Of a stretch of DNA of 64,000 nucleotides, positions 22,801 through 33,874 are shown in pieces. The notes under the pieces are model-generated. The model saw only the letters and a list, made by a program, of their open reading frames with translations, made no database searches and was not told the origin of the DNA. The DNA is taken from positions 62,001 through 126,000 of the forward strand of contig NIVC01002466.1 in the NCBI GenBank assembly GCA_002269645.1, in the 5' to 3' direction. The position numbers and the translations under genes are program-made. Positions within the stretch are counted from its first letter, which is position 1. Each line of letters begins with the position of its first letter. This DNA is from Macrostomum lignano (Eukaryota).

Positions 22801-25124
22801 GGGACTGGATCATTGGATTCGGGACTGGATCATTGGCTTCAGGGACTGGGATCATTGGATTCAGGGACTGGGATCATTGGATTCGGGACGTGATCATTGT
22901 CTTCAGGGACTGGGATCATTGGATTCGGGACTGGATCATTGTCTTCGGGGACTGGGATCATTGGATTCGGGACTGGATCATTGTCTTCGGGGACTGGGAT
23001 CATTGGATTCGGGACTGGATCATTGTCTTCAGGGACTGGGATCATTGGATTCAGGACTGGATCATTGTCTTCGGGGACTGGGATCATTGGATTCGGGACT
23101 GGGATCATTGGATTCAGGGACAGGGATCATTGGATTCAGAGACTGGGATCATTGGATTCGGGACTGGGATCATTGGATTCAGGACTGGGATCATTGGATT
23201 CAGGGACTGGGATCATTGGATTCAGGACTGGATCATTGTCTTCGGGGACTGGGATCATTGGATTCGGGACTGGGATCATTGGATTCAGGGACAGGGATCA
23301 TTGGATTCAGAGACTGGGATCATTGGATTCGGGACTGGGATCATTGGATTCAGGACTGGGATCATTGGATTCAGGGACTGGGATCATTGGATTCAGGACT
23401 GGGATCATTTGATTCGGGACGGGGATCATGGATTTTGGATCCTATAAAAAGGCATTCAAAGCAGGCCAGTATGAATTCCCACCTGGCCATATGAGACTTC
23501 GGCTCGTGCAGGTGGCTCCACAAATCGAGGCCTTCCAACGAGCGCCGGACTGTCAGGCAGCGCTGAATGAAATCGCGAAACTTCGTCCGCCTACGCAGCC
23601 GATCGTAGGCCTGGCGCGACTGGTCCAGGTGAGTGCAGTAGGCCACCAGGCGGCCCAGCGAGCCGTCCTCGGCCGACTCCTCGGTGGCCCATTCGAGCAG
23701 AGCGGAGCCGCAGCCGCTGCGGGCGTTCAAACGAGAAGGAATTGGTTAGTTTGGATTTACCGATACACTGCTGTACATCGTGAACGGACCGCGAGCATGT
23801 AGGCTTGTGTCATCTCTTGTAGCAGCAGCGGGGTGGCCAAGAGGGGCTCTCAGCGTCTTGGGGAATGCCAGTTCATATAACAGGCCCCATTGCATTTGAA
23901 GGGGCGCCATGGCATCTGAGGGGGCGCCATTGCATCTGAGGGGGCGCCATGGCATCTGAGGGGGCGCCATGGCATCTGAGGGGGCACAGTTGCATCTGAG
24001 GGGACGCCATTGCATCTGAGGGGGCACAGTTGCATCTGAGGGGGCACAGTTGCATCTGAGGGGACGCCATTGCATCTGAGGGGCGCCATTGCATCTGAGG
24101 GGGCACCGTTGCATCTGAGGGGACGCCATTGCATCTGAGGGGCGCCATTGCATCTGAGGGGGCACCGTTGCATCTGAGGGGACGCCATTGCATCTGAGGG
24201 GCGCCATTGCATCTGAGGGGGCACCGTTGCATCTGAGGCGGCGCTAATGTATTTAATGGGGCGCCATTGCATCTGTGCCAAATGGGACTCAGATTGTGGT
24301 GAAATTCATTCGAAATAAAGTTCTGGCATTATGAGTGTTCAATGCAGCTCACCCAGCATCCCAACAAGCTTCATCATCATCGCAGCCGCCTCTGCCGCAG
24401 CGCATTCGCTGCAGGCACGGCCTCAGCCGGTTAACAAGCCGGGCGGGGCCGCGCCAAGCCAGGCTAGGCAGGGTGTGGAACATCTCGCGAACGTCCGCCT
24501 CCGGTATGCCAGAGGTCTGCAGCAGCGGCTCGTAGTACACCCGCAGTGCGCACTCCAGCCGCTGGTAGAAGCGGGACTCCAAGTCCAGCAGCTCCTGCAG
24601 GCAGGCGCGGACGTCCAGCTGCCGACGGCTCAAGCAACCGCCGGCTGGGGCGGCAGCGGCGGCGTCAGCCGAGTCTGCAGCGACTTCGCCGGCTCCTCCG
24701 ACGCTGCCATCAACGCCAACGGCGGCTTCCGGCGGCGGGCTCTCGCAGACAACTGGCGCATTCCGGCGGCCAGGCAGCAGGCTGATCAGGGAGGCCAGCC
24801 GCGACAGTCCGCGGTGCCCGCCGCCGCCGCCGCTGCCACCGACGCTGGCGCGATTTCTCCTCAGGCCGATAGCGGTGGCTGCCGAGGTGGCCGAAGTTGC
24901 CGTCGTGGCCATGGAGTGCACGCTGCGCCTGGAGGCCATGGAGTGCAGGGACCAGGCATCGGCATCGGACTCGCTGCCGCTTGGCTGGCGATGAATGCGG
25001 GTCAGCTGCGGGGCGGTGAAAGCTCTCATGTGAATCTCAGACGGTGACATAAGTGCGAACAGACAGGACAGCTTACCCTTTTGAATACCAGCAGGTCCTC
25101 GGGAAAATCATCTTCATTGGACAT
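19883..25124 (-). CDS. NET1: Dbl-family RhoGEF (DH-PH), NET1/ARHGEF3-like. Model complement(join(19883..20126,20441..20971,23483..23716,24353..25035,25077..25124)), 579 aa
   Basis: DH motifs ACLQELLDLESRF...YYEPL, FRDFIQRC and LDLWSHLHEPKSHMAR|YPLIL (cf. NET1/ARHGEF3 LDLWNFLDIPRSRLVKYPLLL). PH C-terminal helix AAERSHWLSLIQSA. All four introns are GT-AG with consistent phases. NET1 versus ARHGEF3 orthology is not resolved. Confidence 0.88.
21010..22130. repeat. 49-bp (43-bp at left end) minisatellite in RhoGEF intron 3
   Basis: Unit GGGATCCCAGATTCACAGATCAGATTAGCGGGATTAAATATTGGGATCG. Confidence 0.95.
22528..23430. repeat. 20/21-bp minisatellite in RhoGEF intron 3
   Basis: GGACT(G)GGATCATTGGATTC(G/A) units. 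Confidence 0.95.
23885..24280. repeat. 21/22-bp minisatellite in RhoGEF intron 2
   Basis: GCATCTGAGGGGGCGCCATT-type units. Confidence 0.93.
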
Positions 25125-27040
25125 TGCAATTGCTGGTTGAAGGCTGTGTTTTTTAAGGACCCAGCAAAAAAAACAATTGAAAGTGTTTTACAGTCTAGGC
25201 TTTTAATCTTTATATGTCATTTTTGAAGTAAAAAAATGAGAGAAGCGAAGGTGCAGAGAGAGCTACTATAAGTATATATATTTCAATATAAAAAGTAGAA
25301 AGTTGGGGATGACTTCTCCCAAAGCCTACAATTTCAAGATGAGTCTACTTTATAAATAATAATAACCTATCAAATATAACTTCCCATTCTTTGCAGGGCT
25401 CTGAGTACCTTGGTGCAATGCCTTTTGGAATATTGCTCTATAACCAATATAGAAAAGTTTTGCTTATTCCACTGATTAATGAGCATATATACAATGCAAG
25501 CATATTTAAGATACTATAAGCAGGCATGCAGGATGCAAGAGTCAAAGCTAGCTATCTATAAAGAATTCTTTGTATCCAAGGATGCTTGCTATCTGGGAGA
25601 TGCTTGCTATCTGGGGTCTTTGTTACTTGTACAGAGCAGAAATTCTATCCAGATGTCCCCATTGGGGGCGAAGATTGCTAGTCATCAGTTATACTAAAAA
25701 TGAAAATCTTATTATCAATCATCAAATATACAAAAAATGAAAATAGATTTCTGGATGCTGGCAAACAGCCTACCCTAGGCCTGGCTAGTCTTATTGACTA
25801 AAAACAGAAAAGCAAAATTGCTAATAAGATATGAGTAATAATAAACTAATTTGCAATTGCAAATAAAAATCTAGAATTTTCTTTAATATATGAATTTAAA
25901 GGTTACAAAAATATATTACTAAGTAGGCTTAGACTTGTTTAAGTCCTTGTGTATAAAAAGTTCCAATTTTAATAAGATTATAATCTTGGTCTCTTTATGG
26001 TTTTTAAAAATGCTACTTTTAAACTTTAACTTTATTTTTAATTTAGCTTTAAACTATTCATTTAGGTATGAGGGTTTAAGAATAGAGAAATTTTCATAGG
26101 GTCAAAAGTGATTTCATATATCTATTCCTTAATAAAAGCATAGAGCCCAATTGATATTTAGATATATTAATAAGGGTATTAAATATATTAATCGTTGCTT
26201 TGGAGACCACCTAGATATTAATATTAAAACCTATTATTAGGCCTAAGTTAATATATGCAATCACTATAAAAATATTTAAAATCATATATAAGCCAAAACT
26301 ATACCAAAACCAAAGCCCCAAAGGCAATTTTATTATTTTTTAATTTGTCTTAGATTAGATAAGCCCTACCTAATTAACCTCTAGCAAGTTTGATAAAATT
26401 AAGAAAATCAAAAATATTTTTATTTTAATTTTAAGAAGTCTATATCCATTTGCTAAAACCAAGTGAGTATATTATTAAAACACTCTTATACTGAATGCAC
26501 TTTTATCAAACAATAAAAATCTTTTATAATAAACAAAAATTCATTTTGTTCCTAGTAGATCTAGACATAGTAGATTAATAAAAACTTATAAAAACAAAAA
26601 TAATACTTATAGAATTGTGAACAGACACTCTAGTGCAATACTCTTGATTAAAATGGCATAGCAGGCCCCTATCTATCATAGCTAGCAATATAGCAGTTTA
26701 AAATGATCTTGAATTAATAATTGATACAATAAAATTGATATATATTTGGTTGATAATTTTATTAATGATTGTCACTGACAGTGTCAGGCATCAGCATATA
26801 TCAGCATACTCCTTGACTTTAGACTGTTGGGTTATGAGCAAATTACATGACAAATGGAAACCTCTATCTATTTTTGTGCACAAGAGCCAGATTAATATGG
26901 CCATGACAATATTTTGAATTTCAACACAATATAATAGTAAATTTATATTATTAAGCAGTAAATTTAACAGCTTCTACTACTTTCTAGGCTTCTAGCATCT
27001 AGATTCATTCATGGTTCAAGAATTAAATTTGATTCATGAT

Positions 27041-27260
27041 CGCCGCGATTCGCCAGATATTAAATACAAAGCATCGACCACTCATAATCGAACATACGCT
27101 CGTAATAATTACTTCATTCACTATAGATACCGTCTGGCAAGTATGAACCTTACCGAGCCGTTCTAGCCGGTCACAAACATCTAGCTCCGTCAGGCAAAGG
27201 GCACAAAAGCGCGGGTGCTAAGTGCAAGGACTTAAGGGATTAATTTCAAATTCGTGCACC
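27041..27260. promoter_or_regulatory. CpG-rich patch, candidate bidirectional promoter between RhoGEF (-) and PX-SH3 gene (+)
   Basis: Abrupt CpG-dense stretch between divergent genes. A minus-strand GTAAGG donor at 27153 could pair with the acceptor at 25144. Confidence 0.35.
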
Positions 27261-27483
27261 TACTGTAAGTTCGCAGAATTCTATAACAAACTCTAGCGTA
27301 GTCCAAAAGCAATACTTTCTAATTGCTGCTGAAAAGGTGCCTTTTACTTTTTTGCTGAGAAAAGACCTAAAATTGCCTATTCTCATGTAGATAGGAAAAA
27401 CTTTAGTGGCTTTATCGAGTGGTTTTAAACATCGGATTTTCTTAGAAATGATTTTTCTTATTTGATGTTTAACCAGGAAAAAA

Positions 27484-29456
27484 ATTCTTGGATTCGATAA
27501 GGAAATGCATTGTTCGATTCCTTTTTTCCACAAGGTTTATAAGAATCATGAAAAATATTATGTAAGTATATTAACTCATGTTTGAGCAGCGTAAATATCA
27601 AGTAGCACCTTGAAAGGCTGGATTTAATGTGGTCCTTATTATTTAATTTCTGAATTTACCTCATTTTTGCTAGAAGGTATCTAATAAAGTTATCAGTTCA
27701 GGCAAAGGCAGTATAGTAAGTTTAAACAGTATTGTCATAATTAAAAAACCGATTAAACTACGACAGCCCAAATTATGAAAAAAAACTAAAATGCTATCAA
27801 TGTGATAGTGAATCCACTTTGGCATGTGAAATGGTCATAAATTATTTTTTATTTGAAATTAATGAGAAGGCATTGTAACTACAGCTTTATTTCTGACTCT
27901 CTGTACTTAGGAGTTCGTTATCAACATTCGCAACGAAGAGGGATGCTGCAAAATTATACACCGGCGCTACAATCAGTTTTTTAATTTTCAGGTAGCTATA
28001 GTTTGCATATATTTTTCTGTGTTCAATGTTTTGATATGTTTAACAAATACAGTGTAAATATAACTTAATTTCATAATTGCTCAATTTTTCAGCATCAAAT
28101 AATGGAACTTTTCCCAAAAGAGGCTGGTTGTAAACACCCAGAGGAGCGATTGATCCCAGTGCTGCCAGGAAAAGTTTTAATCCGTACAAAAAAGGAGCGC
28201 GAGGTAGCAGCTAAAAGGCGACCATTACTGGAGGAATACTGCAATGTAAGTATGGCTAATACTGCACTTAGCTAAAACTTTAGAAGTGCAATTTTACTAA
28301 GCTCAAACTTTTTCCTCTCTTACCAGAGCATTTTTCAGCTACCAGATTTCATTCAGCGGCACCGACACGTCATTCAGTTCTTTTCCTGCTCCGAGGACGA
28401 CGCTAGAAAATCTTCTCAGAAAGAGTGAGCGTGCACTTTTATTTAGCAAGCTTTCTAGTATGAGAATCAGACGGTCTACTCTTGTCAAAAAGAAGCTGCC
28501 CCTTTCAGGCAAAACCATGCATGCTTGCCAACTTCAGGCGGCCGCAGGCAACTCCGGCAGACATTTCAACTCCGGCGGTTGCGCCGCTCTATTTAGTGAC
28601 TCGCGGCCACTCCTGTCGCGACGCTCACGGTGTTGAATTCGGCGCTGAGGCCGGCGACGCGGCGTCGGTGCTGCGACGGGCCGACACCGGCTACTGGCTT
28701 GTGGAGGTCGGCGGCCGGGTCGGCTGGTTCCCCACGCAGTTCCTCACGCCAGCGACGCGAGCCGACTCGCCGAGCTCACCGTCCGAGCCGGTGTCGGACT
28801 CCACCGATGCGTTCGTCGTCTGTGTCAGCAACTGCGCAACGTCGGATTCGGAGCGGCTGACGCAGCCGGCGCTCGGCGATTTGGTGGTGGCCGAGTCGCG
28901 CTCGGAGTCCGGCTGGTGGACGGTGCGCTGGGGCCACCAGCGGCTAACTGTGGCCGCCGTCGGCCTGCGCCCAGTTGCCGAGCAGCTGCTGGACCGCGGT
29001 CTCCTTGGTGGACAGCTTCGTCCCGCTGATCGAGCTGCGGCGGCGCCTCCTCCGAGACCGCCCCCACCGCCGGCAAAGCCGACGCTTCCGACGCCACCGC
29101 CGCTGCCACCGCCGCCGCCTCCAGTAAAATCGCCTCATCCGCCACCGCCAATGCCGCCTCTTCCGATGCAGATTCGAGAACAGACTGCAGTAACAGCGGT
29201 AAGAGCTCTTGGATACAACTGCTGTGCTTCTCAGAAGCTGCCGTTTCTGACGGTCAGTTATGACCATAGAGGGCCATTCAACCGTCAGCTGCAGACATCT
29301 GACCTCCTCCTTCAAATCTGCTCCAGCCATCGCCATCGGCAGCTCCTCTGCCTCCGAAAGCGGCTCCCAGGTGGCCTGCCCGAGGCGATTCGGCGGCGTC
29401 GTCAGCTGCTCTGCCTCATCCGGCGACAGCGTCCGAGGCTGGACAGGCCGGTATAG
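27484..29456 (+). CDS. PX-SH3-SH3-proline-rich protein (p47phox/NOXO1/Tks family). Exons ~27484or27535..27561, 27911..27991, 28093..28245, 28327..28424, 28538..29456; start not defined
   Basis: Spliced PX domain ILGFDK..KYY|EFVINI..IHRRYNQFFNFQ|HQIMELFPKEAG..ERLIPVLPGK..LEEYCN|SIFQLP matches p47phox/Tks5 PX motifs (RRY, FP.EAG, IIP.LPGK, EYC). SH3 motifs GYWLVEVGGRVGWFPTQFL and SGWWTVRW, then poly-Pro. Phases are consistent. Confidence 0.85.
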
Positions 29457-29689
29457 CCAAGACAGGACAAGAAAGCCAGCAGCTTCATCGTCCGTCAGGC
29501 CGGGTCAAATCCATGGCAAGCAGATTTGAGGGGGTCATCTGATTTGACTTCCTAAAGCAACTCTACTGAATCAGAGGTGAAGGAGTGAACAAAATCGTAT
29601 GTGAACTTGAGAGACCCCGTTTGCTAGCCAGATTTTTGTTCTATGGTGCAATTTCTGAATAACTCACTGGCTAGACAGCAACACATCCG

Positions 29690-30228
29690 GCTAGTAACAC
29701 ATCCGGCTAGTAACACATCCGGCTAGCAACACATCCGGCTAGCAACACATCTGGCTAGCAACACATCTGGCTAGCAACACATCTGACTAGCAACACATCC
29801 GGTTAGCAACACATCTGACTAGAAACACATCCGGCTATTAACACATCCGGCTAGCAACACATCTGACTAGCAACACATCTGACTAGCAACACATCCGGCT
29901 AGCAACACATCTGACTAACACACATCTGACTAGAAACACATCCGGCTATTAACACATCCGGCTAGCAACACATCTGACTAGAAACACATCCGGCTAGTAA
30001 CACATCCGGCTAGCAACACATCTGACTAAAAACACATCCGGCTAGTAACACATCCGGCTAGCAACACATCCGGCTAGCAACACATCCGGCTAGCAACACA
30101 TCTGACTAGAAACACATCCGGCTAGTAACACATCCGGCTAGCAACACATCCGGCTAGCAACACATCCGGCTAGCAACACATCTGACTAGAAACACATCCG
30201 GCTAGCAACACATCCGGCTAGCAGCACA
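29690..30228. repeat. 16-bp minisatellite (duplicated at 44370-44790)
   Basis: CAACACATCCGGCTAG / CAACACATCTGACTAG units. Confidence 0.95.
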
Positions 30229-30825
30229 ACCAAGAGCAAATGTCATAGACCCATTTATCTGCACAGTTAAATCAAAATGATTTATCACTTTTTTCAATCG
30301 ATTGCTGTCGCAAAAAAAGTTGAATTTAACTGATATTTTTTTATCTTTCAATGAGTCAACCTAGTATGTTATTCGATCGAATGAAATACACTCCAAATGT
30401 TGTCTATCGCTGCCTTCTTTTGCTTGTTTTGTAGGCGCCATATTCCGAAAAAGTAAGAAAAAAATGTCAGGACGCATCGCTGTTTCTGTGCTCTGAATTT
30501 CCGTGCTTCAATTGTCGTGCACAGTCTCTCACCCCTCATCTCAATGTAGCTCCTGTTGTGTTTGACTTGAGCTCCGATAATTTGCTAGTAAAAAGCTGCG
30601 ATTTGAGCTGCTCGCGATTTGCTATATATTTATGCTAGCGTACTGCACTTTAACAAGTTAAATATCCGTTGAAACCGCGCACGAGAGAAACAACCAAATA
30701 CTGTACGATGAGCGATGAGTCTGTGGATGACGCAATTTAGACCGAGAGTAAACGACAATGGGTGACGCATAGCGTACTTTAAACTAACCCCCAAGCACAG
30801 GTATGCGTCCGCCATAACAGCTCCC

Positions 30826-31015
30826 TTCATCTCACTTACTTCCCTCCCCTCATCTCACTTACTTCCCTCCCTTCATCTCACTTACTTCTCTCCCTTCATC
30901 TCACTTACTTCCCTCTCTTCATCTCACTCTTACTTCCCTCCCTTCATCTCACTCTTACTTCCCTCCCTTCATTTCACTCTTACTTCCCTCCCTTCATCTC
31001 ACTCTTACTTCCCTC
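30826..31015. repeat. Pyrimidine-rich 23-25-bp minisatellite (expanded at 45388-45772)
   Basis: CTTCCCTCCCTTCATCTCACT(CT)TA units. Confidence 0.9.
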
Positions 31016-31494
31016 CGCAAATTTGCACCTCCCTACCCCCTGCTCCTTCGCTCAACCCACTAAGAGGTCTCGCCTCATCTGCTGCGCCTGCAGTCTTTAA
31101 GCTCCCTCTATCCCTCCCTCTTACTATTCTTTTTCTGCATTCAAATTTTCTATTTTCTACTATTGGCAATAAATATATTCAATACCTTTGCTCCTCTTTT
31201 CCATTAGGCACATGCGCCTCATCTTTTGTTGATAAAAAAACGAAATAATAATGATGTGTCGCCATCCTGGCGCAACGCCTTCGGTGAAATCGTCTCACAA
31301 GCAGCAGTAAAGCAGTTCTGCTCATTTCGCTGCTGACGAAAAATGCCACGACGAATGTTTTTGTCACAAGCTCGAAATGAAAATGTGGCGGCTCCCGGAA
31401 TCGAACCAAAATTCGTGACTGTAAGGTCTAGGTTTGCGTGCTGAAAAAAAGGTGATTCAATATATACTCTTATATCTGTCAGTCATATTGGGGT

Positions 31495-31900
31495 CATGCT
31501 GTCCGAGGCCCTGTCTGACCGCCAGAGGGCAGACCTTTAGAGTACCGAGACATGGATTCCAACAGGGTTGCACTCAAGTAGAAAGAAAATGCCGCTTACA
31601 CTACGCATTCGAGATTGGGGACGAGCGAGGCATTTACATAACACTTCATTGCCGGCCCGTCCAAGCGACCTGTTGCGCCGTCGGCGACTCCAGCTGGATG
31701 GCCACATCATCCATTTGTTCTGGCCAGAGTTTATTTAGGAGGTGCGGCTGCTTTCGCCGGTGAAGGTAGCCTATGAAGGCGCGAACAGGTGGGCCATGGA
31801 TTCTACCTGAGGCCCCATATCGAGTGCCAAGTGACGCTGTTTTGAGGGACCTTCTGGGACAACTCGTATTGTTATTTTGCGTTGACAGACAATTGCTGCA
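31495..31900 (+). mobile_element. Decayed 3' fragment of an RTE-like non-LTR retrotransposon (also ~46250-46660)
   Basis: Across stops and frameshifts: ETW, RLHYAF and LPARPSDLLRRRRLQLDGHI, resembling the RT C-terminal RRRRL..GH motif of RTE-type LINEs. Confidence 0.5.
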
Positions 31901-32168
31901 ATAAGAATTAATGGACTGCATCTAGAATAAGAAAGTGTTTAGCTCAGACTGAATCGGAGACACGCTCAAGGGTCAATCAAGGATCAAGGGTCAATATATT
32001 ATCCTTGATGTAATTCTTGTCTGCATCAAGACACTCGATATTCCAAAATTGTGAACCATATCAAAAAGGTCTCTTCATACGAGCGTGTGTATAGTGTGTT
32101 CTTCAGGTTTAGTGTGTCCACACAAGTTGCTTGGAGCAGTAATATTTTCCTATTCGGTTATCCCAAAA

Positions 32169-33874
32169 CTAAACCAACTCCATAATCTGCTCAACAGTGA
32201 GCATTTCTTTGAAGATGCCGAGTACTTTGATTCGGCCGTACAAAAACTTTGTTGGCGCATTATGCCAGTTGAAGCCAAGGTAGAGGCAGCCGATTCGCTC
32301 GGGATCCGTGCCGTACGTGCTGGCGGAGGTGTAGAAGGTGGTGTCCAGCTTCACACCGTTCACCACAAAGTAGCCGGATGTCGGGCCGATGGCCATGGCA
32401 AAGTGGATTACAGAGCCGCTGGGATAGGTGTAAGTCGATCCAGCAGCGACGGACGTTGCAACCTGCCAATCGCCAGTCAGGGAGTTCAGGAACCAGCCTT
32501 CGTTTCCAACGGACTGTTCGTTGATGGCACCGTTGTGGTTGTTGTTGTTGGAGCAGCTGGCGAACATGGCGAGCTCGGTTCGATCTTTTACAGTGCCCCG
32601 AACGAAAGTGACAAAGAAGGTGAATTGCGTCCCAGCCCTGAAAGGTGTCGGTGGGATGCTTTTAGATTAGAAGTGGAGGGTCAGTGAAAAATTGAAATTC
32701 AAATTCAAAATACAAAAACAAAAAACGAACCTGACGAGCGAGTCGAAGCCAATGTGCGACAGGTTGAGCCTCACGAACTGCGATATGCTCAACGGAATCT
32801 GGACGCCGTCGGGTCCGATGTCGATCGGTGTGTTGTTGACGGCCGGCATGACGGTCGGGTTGGCGAGGTTTAGCATGCTCGAGTTGAAGGTGTAGAAGGC
32901 GAGCATTGATGAGGCCCAGGTGCGCGCTTTGTGCCACATGCTGCAGCCTTGGACGCCGTGGAGGCGGCTGTTCAGGTAGAGGCTGAGCGATCCCTCAAAG
33001 CAGCCGGACGCGTTGAAGACGAAGAACTCGCAGGTCGGACGCGACGCGCAGGCGTGGGCGCAAACGTCCAGGTGATGCGGCTGCGACCAAGCGAGGTGGA
33101 GCACAGGCGGGACATTGGCGGCCGCAGTGTGGGTGCACCAGGTCTCGCTGGAGAAGTGGCTTCGCCAACGGACCGACACGGCGAGAGGCGAGAAGTCGGC
33201 GGCTGGGTAGTCGGCGGCAGCGATGTGGGCGAAGTAGGCGGAGGCGTTGAACGACACGCAGCGGACGGCGGGTCCGGCGGCTTTGGGGGCAGCGGCTGCG
33301 GCGTCGAGAATCGGCGCAAACAGGGAGCCGTCCGCCGCCAGCCGCGTGCACCATCGGAAGCAGAGGAGCTCGGCCAGGTTTTCAGCCACGCTCGTAGAAT
33401 TAAGGACCAGAAACAGCGCTTCGAGTGTTTTGTTGTCTTCGCAATTCTCTAAAAGCAAATTTTTTTATTCGAAACGCGGTTCTTTGGGTTCCTGCTTAGC
33501 ACTAAATTTGTGTTTTGAATAAATAAAAATATGTTACCCAGAGCAGTGTCCATCTTGGCGATCAGTTTGCAACTTCCGGGCGTCAGCTGAGCCGACCGGT
33601 TTCGCAGAAGCCGCCACTTATTGTTGGAAAGCGACTCGTTGCCGTGGCAGGCGATGCAGCCGCTGGTCCTGGCGCAGTGCGCTGCGCATTCGATTTTACT
33701 CGCCGCTTCCGAGGCTTCAGCAAGCGACTCCTCAGTGCTGCAGAGCCCGTTAGTCACCGAGAAGTGAGCTGTGGCCGCCTGATCCACAGTTGCCGAGGCT
33801 GCACTGAGCGCCAGGAGAGTCAGAAGAAACGGCTGCACCAAGAGGTGCTGTCTGTCACAGTGAAATGTTTTCAT
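32169..33874 (-). CDS. Secreted PAN/apple-like repeat + concanavalin A/LamG-like protein, copy A. Model complement(join(32169..32658,32731..33448,33538..33874)), 514 aa
   Basis: Hydrophobic signal (FLLTLLALSAASA). PAN-like CAAHC..C, CFRWC and CAHACASRPTCEFFVF motifs. Beta-rich C-terminus ending LYLG...YGRIKVLGIFKEMLTVEQIMEL (LamG-like). GT-AG introns with consistent phases. Confidence 0.8.

Noticed and set aside
27675-27716. 42-nt in-frame AG...GT-bounded candidate alternative exon in the PX gene
   Set aside because: It would insert 14 residues into the PX beta-sheet region and has no homology support. It could easily be chance.
31384-31410. tRNA gene (B-box GGTTCGATTCC on the minus strand; another on + at 42904-42914)
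   Set aside because: No matching acceptor stem, D-arm or clean anticodon arm could be built. At most these are tRNA-derived SINE remnants.
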